DNA of 64,000 nt, from assembly GCA_963775685.1 (NCBI GenBank), contig CAVZJV010000005.1, forward strand, positions 1-64,000, read 5' to 3'. The position numbers and the translations under genes were made by a program. Below the pieces are notes generated by a model. The model was given only the letters and a program-made list of their open reading frames with translations. It searched no databases and had not been told where the DNA came from. Shown here piece after piece: positions 42,469 through 54,452 of the stretch. Source of the DNA: Candidatus Bathyarchaeota archaeon (GTDB lineage Archaea; Thermoproteota; Bathyarchaeia; Bathyarchaeales; Bathycorpusculaceae). How positions within the stretch are numbered: the first letter of the stretch is position 1; each line of letters begins with the position of its first letter.

Positions 42469-43560
42469 ATGCACCCTGGTAAAACAGTTGCTTACCCCTT
42501 TGTAAGCATAATAATCCTAAATTACAATGGGATTCGGTATCTGAAGAATCTTTTTGAATCTCTAGTTAAGACCGATTATCCAAAAGACCTCTTTGAGGTG
42601 ATAATGGGCGATAACGGCTCTACAGATGACTCAGTCAAGTTCACAGAAGAACACTTCGCTTTTGTAAGAGTGCTACGATTTGATAAAAACTACGGTTTCT
42701 GTAAAGGCAACAACTTATGTGCACAACAAGCGATTGGCAAATATGTTGTCTTTTTGAATACCGATATGATTGTAACCAAGGATTGGCTGAAAAGCCTTGT
42801 AGAGGCTGTTCTGAACGATACGACCGCTATCAGTGCAGGCGCAAAACTACTGAAACCTTATGAAATTAACGGAAAAAAGGTGATTGATTATGCCGGTGGA
42901 AAGCTAACGAGTGAAATAAATTTCTATGAGGGTCTGCTTGAATTTGATTGCCAAAGGTACTCTAACCAAAAAAGCACTGGTTTCGCTTGCGGCGCCGCGG
43001 TCTTGGTCGACAAGGAATTCTTCTTACTAGTTGGGGGATTTGATGAATACTACTTTGGCGGCGGCGAAGAAGTAGAGCTAGGTTTTCGTGTGTGGCAGTA
43101 TGGCCACAAAGTCCTTTATGTTCCCTCGTCTGTTATCTACCACCTGAGATATGGTACGTTTAAAGAATCCGACCCCTTCCCGACCTATAATTGGGCAAAG
43201 AGCATGTTTTATTTTATTTTCAAGAACTACGGGAAAAAATATGTTGCTATCTACAGTTTTGAGAGTCTTTTAATGACGCATCTTCCAAAGATCATGGTTT
43301 TCATCGTTAACAAAGACTTGTCCTTGGCGAAGAGTGTCTTAAAAGGAATAGCTGATTTCTTTATTGAATTAAAAACAAAAAAGATTCTAGAGGATATCTA
43401 TTTAAAAAGACAACCTATAAAGAAAAACGCCGTAATTTCCGATAATGACATGATAAAATTAAGTGTTACTGCATCTCTTTCAGAAAAAATGCAATATCGT
43501 ATTAGACAATTTAAGAATTGGAACTCTGTTAGGCCAGAGAATCAATTGGTACAGAAATGA
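42469..43560 (+). CDS. GT2 glycosyltransferase
   Basis: IILNYNG, DNGSTD, FLNTD, GGFDE. Confidence 0.92.
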   Translation: MHPGKTVAYPFVSIIILNYNGIRYLKNLFESLVKTDYPKDLFEVIMGDNGSTDDSVKFTEEHFAFVRVLRFDKNYGFCKGNNLCAQQAIGKYVVFLNTDMIVTKDWLKSLVEAVLNDTTAISAGAKLLKPYEINGKKVIDYAGGKLTSEINFYEGLLEFDCQRYSNQKSTGFACGAAVLVDKEFFLLVGGFDEYYFGGGEEVELGFRVWQYGHKVLYVPSSVIYHLRYGTFKESDPFPTYNWAKSMFYFIFKNYGKKYVAIYSFESLLMTHLPKIMVFIVNKDLSLAKSVLKGIADFFIELKTKKILEDIYLKRQPIKKNAVISDNDMIKLSVTASLSEKMQYRIRQFKNWNSVRPENQLVQK

Positions 43561-44774
43561 AAGGCAAACTTATTGATAACCGCTCAAAAGTGAAAGTGCT
43601 TTGGACAGAATGTATATTAATGGATGAATCCGCATCGTTTTCAAAGACCACTGAAATAGAAATACTTAATGGATTAGCAGAACTGAATCGAGATGTTCGG
43701 CTTCTTGCCTTGCGCTCAAAAGAAGCTAATGTAAAAAGTCCCTCAATACACCTGTCTATAGTGCCGCTTAGAGCTGTCAGTCTATTAACTCCGGTCATTT
43801 TCACGGCAATCGAAGCTATTACCATCCCATTATATATTGCCCGATCCAAAGCAGATGTAATAATAACAGAACCAGGTGGTAATTTCCTAGGCCTCATTAC
43901 GAGCCTAATAGTAAAAAAAATCAAGAAGGTTAAATTCATTCTTGATATTCGAAGTCCGCCCGTCGTGGCTTATGGTATATCCGGTTTCGTGGAAAAAAAA
44001 TGTTTTTTGCTGTCAGTTTCGTTTGCAAAAAAATTCTTTGATGGTATTACTATAATTACTCCTCGAATGCGGAATGAGATTTGCCAGCAGTATTCAATTA
44101 ACGCTGACAGAGTAGGTGTTTGGCCTAGTGGGGTTTCAATAGAAAAGTTTCGTCCCGAAAAGTTTAATCAAAAGAGTTTGAAGAAAAGGCTCGGTTTTTC
44201 GGGTAAATTCATAGTATTTTATCATGGGTACTTTGCTAAAGACCGTGGTCTTAAAGAAACGGTGGATGCAATGGAGATTTTGAAATCAACATACCCAAAT
44301 ATTGTTTTCTTTTTACTTGGTGGTGGTCTATTTGCTGACGACTTAAAGTCGATGGTCGCTGAAAGGGAGTTAACCAACGTAATAGTCCATGACCCTGTAC
44401 GTTACATGGATGTACCCAAATTCATCGCTATGAGCGATGTGGGTATTGTACCTCTCCCCGATTTGCCCCACTGGCGGTCGCAATCTCCACTAAAACTGTT
44501 AGAGTACCTTTCAATGAAAAAGCCCGTAATATTAACTGATATCCCTGCGCACAAAGATGTTGTTAGGGACGAGAAATTTGGCATTTATTTGCGATCAATA
44601 GACCCACAAGAGATTGCAGACCGTATTATTCAAGCGTACCAAAACAGAGAAGCCCTTTCAAAATGGGGGGTTAAAGGACGAGAGTTTGTCAAGGAAAATT
44701 ACTCTTGGAAAAAGGTCGCTAAAAAGCTGGATAATTACATTACTGCCGTCAGACTTGGTGCTGCCAGCAAATAG
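43557..44774 (+). CDS. GT4 glycosyltransferase
   Basis: YHG..KDRG, SPLKLLEYLSMKKPVILTD. Confidence 0.92.
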   Translation: MKGKLIDNRSKVKVLWTECILMDESASFSKTTEIEILNGLAELNRDVRLLALRSKEANVKSPSIHLSIVPLRAVSLLTPVIFTAIEAITIPLYIARSKADVIITEPGGNFLGLITSLIVKKIKKVKFILDIRSPPVVAYGISGFVEKKCFLLSVSFAKKFFDGITIITPRMRNEICQQYSINADRVGVWPSGVSIEKFRPEKFNQKSLKKRLGFSGKFIVFYHGYFAKDRGLKETVDAMEILKSTYPNIVFFLLGGGLFADDLKSMVAERELTNVIVHDPVRYMDVPKFIAMSDVGIVPLPDLPHWRSQSPLKLLEYLSMKKPVILTDIPAHKDVVRDEKFGIYLRSIDPQEIADRIIQAYQNREALSKWGVKGREFVKENYSWKKVAKKLDNYITAVRLGAASK

Positions 44775-44824
44775 CGCCTTCTACGTTTTTACGTGTCTTG
44801 GGTGTCAAACATAGAAAAGGTTGA

Positions 44825-46112
44825 ATGTCTCTGAGAGTTCTGGCTTTATTGGATTATCTGCCAAATACTTTAGGTGGAGCTGAAATAAGCGCCTATTTAG
44901 TTCTTAAAAGTCTTGTTAAACGAGGTCATGTCGTAAGCATTGTTTCAGAAAGAACCTCCATTACAAAGGGCTATTGTGATTCATTGAGAGCGAAAGATAA
45001 GTTTAAGAATGTTTTTTCAACCTCCGTTGTTTGTCCTCAGATTAGGCCTTCTTGGATATTTATGGACGTTGTATCCATGGGTCTTTCTTTTCTAGGCAAC
45101 CTTGCGATATATAAAAATTGTAAAACCAGATGTAATACTTACTCATAAGCGCGCTGGTTCCGGTGCTGTATTAGCCGCCAAGTTGATTGGCGTTCCAAGC
45201 GTTTATGTGGTTCGTGGATATCAGCATGCGTGTTTTAATGCAGAAAAAATGCGTCCAGACTATGGGAACGTCATTAGATGTAAACTGGCGAAATGCGATG
45301 TTGGGAATCTTTCTAGATGCGTAAGATTTGCGCCTAATGGCCATGAAAACTTCTTTTGTCGAACCTTAGAGGTGCTCTTTTCTCTATATGCCTATTTTGT
45401 CTTAAGGTTGCGCCAGTTTGGCATGTCAAAAGCTACTGTTCTAGTGGGTGTATCAGATGCTGTAGCTTCGTCTTTAAAAGTTATCTATCCTGCAGATAGC
45501 GTTGTTAGAATCTATAATCCTATGGAGATAGAATTATTCTCTGGAAAACAGAAAAAACATGATCCTGCAAAAAGGTGTTTTGTTTACGTTGGTCGTTTTT
45601 CGCGCTCCAAAGGAATTGATGTATTGTTAAAGGCCTTCAAACAATTGGTTTCTTCGTATCCTAATTGCCGTCTTGCTATGGTTGGAGACGGTCCAGAAAT
45701 GAATAATCTGAAACTTTTGGTCCGTGAGTGGGAGCTAGACCAATCTGTAACTTTTATGGGGTATCTGCCTTTTGATAAGGTTTTATCGTTCCTTGAGCAA
45801 AATGGCTTTGCAACAGTAGTTCCTTCTCTTTGGGAGGAAGCGTTTGGAAGAGTAGTGATTGAATCGATGGCTATGGGAATCCCAGTTATCGCTTCAGATA
45901 TAGGTGGAATGTCTGAACTAATATCCAATGGACGAAACGGCATCCTAGTTGAACCTGGAAATTTTTTAGCTCTCTCGGAAGAAATGAAAAAATTAGTCAA
46001 CAATAGTGAACTGTATGAAAAAATGTCTACTTACGATACTGAATTCGTGAATCAATTCGCTTCAGAACGCATCGCAGCAACATATGCCAAACTATTTCAA
46101 TCAATAATTTGA
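44825..46112 (+). CDS. GT4 glycosyltransferase, frameshift near 45100
   Basis: GGAE N-terminus; YVGRFSRSKG; EAFGRVVIESMA. Confidence 0.88.
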
Positions 46113-46125
46113 CAGGATTACTCAA

Positions 46126-49100
46126 TTGAAAATAAAACTAAATTTGGAGAATCTTTGCTGGATAATTCCTTCAATAGTCATTTCAATCATCGTTCTATGG
46201 ATAATTAACGGAATTCTTGGCTTCATTTTATCTGGAATTGCCGCGCTGCTCTTATTTTGTGCGTTTAAGTTATTAAATTCGCGGGATTCGTCCTTAATTG
46301 TATTATCGGTGGATCAAAAAAGCGCCAAAAGCCTAAAATCCCTGCTTTATGTTTTTGCATTTTTATCACTTTTAAGCGTTTTTCTGGTAAATCCGTTAAA
46401 TACTTCTTATGCGGATTGGTCAAGTATTTCATTGTTAAACTACTTGCGTGCAATTAGTGCTTTCTTAATCACGTCTTTTTTTGGTGGTTACTTCGTTTTA
46501 GATCTCCTTGGCTTTAACGAAAAAATTAGTCGAATAGAAAAAGTGCTCTACTCTTTTATTCTTTCGGTACTCATTACTGTCACCTCAACTTATTATTTCT
46601 CGGTTTATATTAAAGAATTTTCGATAATTCCTTTAATCTCGATTTCAAGCTGTTTACTATTATTAGCGATAATCAGATTTTTATGGAAGCAATCGCGATC
46701 TTGCGGAACCGATAATACAATAAAATCTAAGATCTCGCTTAGCTCTATAATTTTACTTCTCGTTATTTTGTTTGCCTTTTTCGGATTACTTTCTATTTTC
46801 TCAGAAAATAGCACGTTAATTTCTGGCGATATGTGGCGGCAAAATGGGTGGGGCGTAATGATTACGCGGGGGGTATTTCCTAAGGCTCTTGAAATTTTCG
46901 ATAATTACCTTGCGGCTAACTTAGCACTTTCTGGGATCCCCATCTTAAACATGCATACTCTACTAGTTTTTCCGTTTGCAGCGTTGTTAATTCTTTCTTT
47001 CTATTTAATGGTTAATAGTTTATTTAATAGTGCCAAGAAATCCGCATTATCCACTATCTTCTTTACAATTGGCGGTGGCTTTGGAGGTAGCTTATTCCTT
47101 TATAGCTACTTAACGGGTCCTTCTAACTCGCAAGCGCTCCTTGAAAACATTAGTGCTCAAACAATTCTTGATACGAGATATACTTATGGTTCACCATTCT
47201 GGTTTGCGGAGTCCATCTTTTCTTTTATTTCAGTATTCGTCCTTCTGCATTTTCTAAATACCGAAAAAAGCAAAAATAGACTATATTTACTTATTATTCC
47301 AGCGGCGATTTTTATCGGATACATAACTCGCCCTGAAATCGCCATATTTTTCCTTGCATTAATTATTTTTAGTCTTTTGTATAGAGAAAGAGGCAGCAGA
47401 GAACACATAAAGAGGATCTCAATAGCAAGTTTACTAGGTCTAGTCCTAACGCTTGCCTATTTTAACCCTTCTAATAACGGCTTTATTGCAATCCTTCTTC
47501 TCTTAACTTGCTCGTCTATAGCTATAATCACGCTTATAATTGTATCACTCAACTATAAGGTTAAAATCCAAGCGTCGATAAAGCGTCGATTACCAATTTT
47601 CCTTGGTTTAATCTATTTCATTGGGCTTTCGTTTTTGGTCTGGTTTGATATGCGACCGGATATACAGAACAATTTTGATAAAATATATGCTATCGGCGTA
47701 GTTCCCTGGTATGCATACTTCCTCTTGCTAGGTCTACCTGCGATAATAGCGATGATTGGTGTTATTTTTTATTTTGGTACTTTAAGGGAAGACCTGAAGA
47801 AACCGTTAAAACTTTTTTTAGTTCTGTCTTTACTGTTTATCCTTATCGGTAGATTTCTGTCCTTTATTAATACTCAAACTACTTTCTCCTTACCTTTTTG
47901 GGAAATAAGGACCGCGTTTTGGGCTCGTATTTTCATCGCAGTATGCGCTGCATGCCTGCTTATTCCAATATTTAATTCAACAAAGACACGTTACTATAAA
48001 CATGCACGTTTTTCATCATCGAGCAAAAAACTGGTTAAAATTCTGGTTATCGGCTGCATAATATCCGTTGTTGTAGTAGTTGGCGTTTCTTCAACAATTT
48101 TAAGAACTGAATATTGGACTAACTTTGCCCAATACGGCACAGCCGGCGAAGGCCAAACAACTGTTTCGCCTAGTGAGCTTGAAGCAATAGATTTTCTACG
48201 ACTTAATACCAAGCCATACTCTCAAACAATTACGTTAACCGCACTTTCCTGGGATAAAGTGAAGTATTTTGGAGGGATTCCAAACACATTTGATAGAACT
48301 TCGCTTTTTTTCGATGCCACCCAAAGTGCTTTTCTTCTTAGAACATTATCTACTCAAGATTTTATTTACGTTGATCAGGGCGATCAATTTTATTTGGATC
48401 AACCTTACAAAAACAGCTATCTTGTGACAAATTATTTGCCTTATTTACCTGTTCCTTTCAATTATTCGAATGTAGCTATTTATGAAATACCTGAAATTTC
48501 GCCGCCAAACAGTAATGCAAGTCTTGCCATAGTGACTCCCGGAACAGGTTTCACGTTTGCTGATGATAGACTGTCAACTTGGGATCTTCATGCCCAATCA
48601 AGAACTATTAAGAACATAACGACAACTTCTAGCAGTAGCATTTTTACTTTAAGCGGCTATCTGACCACCTCAAGTAGAGACTATTATTTGTTAAGTCAAC
48701 CGGTCATAAATATGAACACTAACGATTTTCCCACATTGTCTATAAAATGGAAAAGCACAGATTCTTGTGCTACTTTTAACGTTAAATATTCAGACGGCAC
48801 TTATTTAACAGAGTATACGGGTTCGAAACTAATCAGTCAATCAATGCCTGACTGGACTGTAACTACAACAAATCAACCCACAAATAAAACCGTAACCGAG
48901 ATAATAGTTGGAATTGATGACCGAACAGATATCCAAGTTGATGGTCTTCAGTCTGTTTCTATTGACTATATTGCTTTCCGCTCTAATGATCGTCCTCAAG
49001 TATCAGCCTTAACTAAGTTACTAGCCGCCTCAAATGTTGACTATGCGATTGTTTCTGATCAAGATCCTAATCTTTGCCAATATCCCCAGCTATTGCTGGC

Positions 49101-50794
49101 CTCAGACATTAATACTTACGATCTATCTGATGATTTTTCAAGTACCTCATCCCAATATGCTAGTCAAACGGGGGTATGGTTAATTGAAAATGGTGAATTA
49201 GAACAGACACAGAAGACGTCCTATGTAGATGCAACAATTACCGCTGGAAATCAACTTTGGACAGATTACACCGCTACAGTGCAAGCAAAAAGTATCGGAA
49301 AGTTATCTGATGATATAGCACTTCAATTTCGTTACCAAGACTCCAACAATTCTTACGATTTTAGGATGCAATCCGACCTCTTAAGGCTCGGAAAATTCGT
49401 TAACGGTTCGTACAGTCCAATCGTCAGCTCTACAAGCTACACAGTGGAAGGTAACACATGGTATAAGTTGAGTGTTACAGTCAAGGGTAATAATATCGTG
49501 TGCTACTTAAACGACCAACAGGTGTTCAATGTGGTCGACAACTCGTTCAGTAAGGGCCAGATTGCTCTGCGCACGGAAGGCATCACAGCTGCATTCGACA
49601 ACTTAACTGTCCAAACTAGCCGACCATCTGGCGCAACTTAACCGCTATGTCGACGCCATAAAAAGTGGATTACAATTGACTGTTCTAGGGGACCAAAATT
49701 TGGGTTACTTTGCATCGCTCATGAAGCTCTACTATGGAAACGAAACATCAGTCGACTCCATTAGATACAACAATCTCACCGTTGCCACAACAACTACAGC
49801 GGTCACAACATTAAACTCAGGGGTAAACACACAAACTATCGGTGCCTACTGGGAAGGCAACACTTCAAAAACGGCCTTTGCACTATCAACCAACTTTGGC
49901 GCCGGTAAACTAATTTACATAAACAGCGGCCCCAGCCAAACCATAATTAATGCATCGCCAAGCGATTTAAAGTGGCAGTTGTTATCAGAGATGGGTAAAT
50001 TGATTGGTTCAATCGCTGGAGCACAACCCACTGACTATAGTGCCATTTCTAAATGGAATTACGACATAGCACAAGATGCTACACTCACTGGAACGGTCAA
50101 CGTATCAACGACGCAGCTGCCTTTTGCAGTAACAACCATACAAACTGACAACATAACCCTCTCATCTAATAGTTCCAAATCCACACAAATAACAAACGTC
50201 ACTATAACCAGCATCAACGTGCAAGGAACAACCGGATCGACTATAACCGCAAACAGAACACAGTTTTCCTCGTTCAGCACGGGTTCCTACACGGCGCTCG
50301 ATTTTCCAGACGGATGCCAGTGGACCATAAAATTGGATGATGACTCTTCCGTTGCTATCAATTACAATAACGGCACAGGCATACATACGGTTACAGCCAA
50401 AGGCGGAACAATCAATCTCCATTCACCCTCCACGACTCTTCTAACAAACAAACCGCGGATAACTGTTCAAGGACAAACAAACTTCACTAAAGCATACATA
50501 GGTTGGATTGGCTCCACAGACAAAGTACCCAGTGAAGGAGACCAGTTTACAATAAAAGGCAACGCATCCTTCACTATCGACTGCATGGATCGTACAACCG
50601 CACTGCTATCCAACTTGGTATATACCGGATCTGCCAGTACCTCGAAAGCTGCATCTATTATTCCGTGGAATGAAATGGATATTCCTTGGTACACAATCTT
50701 AACATCGCCTTATCATCTTCTCCTAATAACCTCAATTATCGTTGCTATACTTGCATGGTTTGGTTTGAGTAAACTAAAAGCTTGCAAAAGATAA
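46126..50794 (+). CDS. Very large polytopic membrane protein (GT-C-like N-half, concanavalin/DUF1080-like domain, Thr-rich C-domain, terminal TM), probably one gene with a frameshift near 49640
   Basis: The 1171-aa ORF has many TM helices and WYKLSVTVKGNNIVCYLND..KGQIALR..FDNL. The 372-aa ORF follows with no signal peptide and a terminal TM. Confidence 0.65.
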
Positions 50795-50954
50795 TTTGAA
50801 TTGTACAATAAGGAAGCTTGGGTAGATAACGAACTTTGAAAACATACACGAGGGCTTATTAGTAACAATCACCCAAAAAATTAAATTCAGGCATCGGTGA
50901 CATGTTTCAACAATCAGGATTACATAATCAATTTAACATAGAGTATTCAAACGG

Positions 50955-52685
50955 ATGACTAAACAACCGAAAGCGCTTGCTGGTTCAGCCCTCGTTTTAA
51001 TGCTCTCAATACTAATTTCAGGCGTGAGCGCCGTTGATTACACTGCCTCCTTTGTCGGGGACTTCCAAAATAATAGTTATTTAGGATTTAGAACCGCAAT
51101 TAATCTGAGCGAAACCCCTCATCTAGGAGTATCCAATATCAGTGGCTTAGTGGGTTATTGGAATGCAAACGAAGGTTCTGGCAACATTACGCACGACTCA
51201 AGTGGTAATGGTAACAACGGAACACTTTATGGTCCTGTCTGGGTGAATTGTTCTTGTGGTTCTGCCCTTAGTTTCGATGGAGTAAATGACTATGTCCAAA
51301 TATCTAATCGAACATCTCTCATTCTTAGAGATCAGTTTACGCTTTCTTTCCAGTTTAGTCCCGCTACCCTTAAGAACCAAACCCAGGCGCTAATAGGAAA
51401 AAGCAACGCATACCCAAATTATGAATATTATGTATATTTAGAAACAGACGGTCGCTTACGTGCTGGAGTGCATACGAATTCGGATTCTGGGGATGTCTTC
51501 AGTAATTCGAATGCACGATTAGTAGCAGGTGGAAATTATAGTATTACAATCACTTGGATATATCCTGGACAAACAAAAATTTACATTAATGGGAACTTGC
51601 AAGGTTCGGCAGCAGCTCATAATGATCCTCTTACCAGTATCGGGGAGCTGGTTATTGGTGATTTACGTGTTGGCAGAGGATTGTACTCATCAGGTGTCTT
51701 CGACAATATTCGTGTTTACAATCGCACCCTAAGCGCCACTGAAGTCGTAGCTTTATACTTACAACCTGATCCCACTTATTCCGACGGATACTTTACCTTT
51801 CAGGATTCTACAACAAATAATACATTACTCATACACGTTGATAATGCTGACTTAAACAGCGGTAACTCGACATTGGTGACGTGCACTGATTTTTTTGCAG
51901 ACAACCGATTGACTTTTACCGCTAACAACAGTGCAACTCTCATTTTATGGTCTAACCTTGAGAGACCTGTGTATACAACTGGTACTTGGAACAGCAATAC
52001 CTATACTACTACTTTAACGCTTAATGACTCCTCAATCGGCGAATTAGACTGGAACCACGGCGTGCCTCCCTCTGCCTCACTCGCCTCCTCGAATTCAAGT
52101 TATGCAGGTAACGCTACCTTATTCTGCGCTTTATGGACTGATAATCGAAGTCTATCAGGGGGCGGGTACATTTTTAGCACAAATAATACTGGGCAGTGGG
52201 TTAATGCATCTTGGGTGGCTTTCTCGTCTACTCCATGTTGGGGCAATGCCACGTTGACCTTGAAAAGTAAGGTTGGGTCGGTTGTTGGCTTTCGTGAGTT
52301 TGCTAATAACTCTTTTGGTTTTTGGGGGGACTCTGGAATTTATGATTTTACAACTACTAATGGTACAGTTACACCTACATCAACTCCTAGTTCAACTCCA
52401 ATAATTGTTTCAGCAGTTACGCCCACTCCGAATTTAACTCCCGCTACAACTTCAACTGGGAACCAAACTGCAACATCTACATTGCAACATGAAACCAATT
52501 CCTTAGCAACTCAAACAATAATGTTCACAGGAGCAACCGGCTCTGTATTGATTGCCTTAACTGCTTTCGCTTTCAAAAAAGGATACATAAAAGTAGAGGT
52601 TATAGAAGAGGAGAGCAACACTGACGATGAGAATAAACAAATTAGAATAGGAAGCAGGAAAGAAAACGCAGACTACTCAATTTAG
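50955..52685 (+). CDS. LamG-like jellyroll surface protein
   Basis: LVGYWNANEGSG..DSSGNGNNG, ALSFDGVNDYV, DNIRVYNRTLS; S/T linker and TM. Confidence 0.88.
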   Translation: MTKQPKALAGSALVLMLSILISGVSAVDYTASFVGDFQNNSYLGFRTAINLSETPHLGVSNISGLVGYWNANEGSGNITHDSSGNGNNGTLYGPVWVNCSCGSALSFDGVNDYVQISNRTSLILRDQFTLSFQFSPATLKNQTQALIGKSNAYPNYEYYVYLETDGRLRAGVHTNSDSGDVFSNSNARLVAGGNYSITITWIYPGQTKIYINGNLQGSAAAHNDPLTSIGELVIGDLRVGRGLYSSGVFDNIRVYNRTLSATEVVALYLQPDPTYSDGYFTFQDSTTNNTLLIHVDNADLNSGNSTLVTCTDFFADNRLTFTANNSATLILWSNLERPVYTTGTWNSNTYTTTLTLNDSSIGELDWNHGVPPSASLASSNSSYAGNATLFCALWTDNRSLSGGGYIFSTNNTGQWVNASWVAFSSTPCWGNATLTLKSKVGSVVGFREFANNSFGFWGDSGIYDFTTTNGTVTPTSTPSSTPIIVSAVTPTPNLTPATTSTGNQTATSTLQHETNSLATQTIMFTGATGSVLIALTAFAFKKGYIKVEVIEEESNTDDENKQIRIGSRKENADYSI

Positions 52686-52818
52686 GACTTAGCAAACTGG
52701 AAAAGAATAAGGCTCGAATAAGCAGAATGCTCACTTGAAGCTAAATGCAACTTTCTTTTGTTGAAAAATAATCTTGGGAAAGAAATCGCAAAACTAGCTA
52801 TAACCCAGTTGGGTCTTT

Positions 52819-53031
52819 CTATTGTTTCTTTAGAAAGCTCCAACCTGCCAACATTGCGCTGGATATAACTATAAACGTTGAAAAAATCGCTTCTATCGTA
52901 ATTATGTACTCGTTTGGTTCAATCAAGGTTAGCGTATGTGAACTTCTAAAATACATCGACAATAGGATAAAAGCTATGAATAACGAATTCGCAAAATTTG
53001 CCGCAAACCAAAAAACCCATCTTAACTTCAT
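52819..53031 (-). CDS. Small two-helix membrane protein
   Basis: GAGGT RBS before ATG 53031; contains IEPNEYIITIE. Confidence 0.6.
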   Translation of the reverse strand: MKLRWVFWFAANFANSLFIAFILLSMYFRSSHTLTLIEPNEYIITIEAIFSTFIVISSAMLAGWSFLKKQ

Positions 53032-53566
53032 TTTAACTACCTCTGAAAATAGATTGTTGCAAAATTGAAGAGAAGCATAAGCTATTGAAGGCAGACCTTT
53101 GCTTCTGTGGTTCTGCATTTAAGGCATTTAATTGTTGTTGCTGTTTGTATTGAGATTCTGCCTTCATGTACCTTTCTCCTAATTTCTAAAGTGAGACCAT
53201 TAAGGCTTAAAAGAGATATTTCACTCAACGGAATATATCCAAAAGTCAAGTAATTTGATGGAATGAACTTTAATCAACAAGAATGTAACAGAAACCTCGT
53301 AGAAATTTTCTTCTTGCCGAGTCTACTCGCAGTTTTAGGGCAGTCATCAAAAAACTAATGTTCTATTTAATTAGACCAGTAGGACACTGCAGGACCAAGA
53401 AAGTTTCTATTCGACAAATCTGCAGAGTTCATTGCAGGAAGTTTTGTTTTGCTTTGGCTATAAAAAGTAGCCTTGGATACCGCGAACTGCTTCATGTGTT
53501 TTCTCAAAAGCACACCCAACAAAGCTGCGGCAAAGAATCAGGCAATCTAAACTCTAAAATGATAAA

Positions 53567-54130
53567 CTACCGCTGTTTAGACACGGAAACAACAAGTAGG
53601 ATATTTATCAAAACTAAATAGGCAGGGAAGGCCAGCTCCGAGAAACTCCACGCTGTAGCTACCAGAAAACTTGTAATGGGACTAAACACGCCTACTACAA
53701 AAGGCCAACGCGATTCCGTCTCGGGATTACGCCATGCCTTTCTCAGAGTTGGCGCCGCCGCGACAGCATCACTTAATATCGCAAACATTATTGCGTGATT
53801 CGCATTTGCTGTCACGAACCAAAAAACTAACGCCAGACCCGATAGTGCACCACAGAGATAGTCAAATGATGAAAGCTTCCAGTACGCTTTCTTTTTGAGA
53901 AATGAGGCTGATAATATCAAAAAAGGAGAAAACCCCGACATAAACACTGGTACAACTGCCCAACCCCCACCGTTGGATATAGCGGCGGCAGTGGCTATGA
54001 AAGGAGCAATAGACCACATAAGCCAGGTTACTCTGTTGGGCCTTACCTGACCCTTAAACATGCAACGTATGTAGACTAATGCAGCCAGTAGAGACGCAAA
54101 GGCCGCAACAAGCACAAGCAACTCAAACAT
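53567..54130 (-). CDS. Hypothetical membrane protein (PQ-loop-like duplication)
   Basis: RPNRVTWLMW and PTLRKAWRNPETE repeat halves. Confidence 0.75.
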   Translation of the reverse strand: MFELLVLVAAFASLLAALVYIRCMFKGQVRPNRVTWLMWSIAPFIATAAAISNGGGWAVVPVFMSGFSPFLILSASFLKKKAYWKLSSFDYLCGALSGLALVFWFVTANANHAIMFAILSDAVAAAPTLRKAWRNPETESRWPFVVGVFSPITSFLVATAWSFSELAFPAYLVLINILLVVSVSKQR

Positions 54131-54452
54131 ACCTTAACTAAAGGCATAAATCGAATATTTTAAGAGCATATCATAAGAGAGAAATAACCCATCGATTGAC
54201 ACAAAAGCCCCTGTCAAGTATATACCCGATTTCAAATAATTTTCTTAAAGGTCTTTTAGAAAATTGAGCGGTAAATTTGATATGAAAAAAATGTGGCAGC
54301 TCGTTTCTATTGCAGCCTTATTATCTCTGACTTTGATATTCGGGCTCTTGCAACTTTATCGTTATGGTGTTTTTCAGCGTGTAACTTGACGTGTTCAACT
54401 GCGTCTTCTGCTCCAAAGGGCGTCTTTAACTGAAAACCTATTCCTTTGCGTT

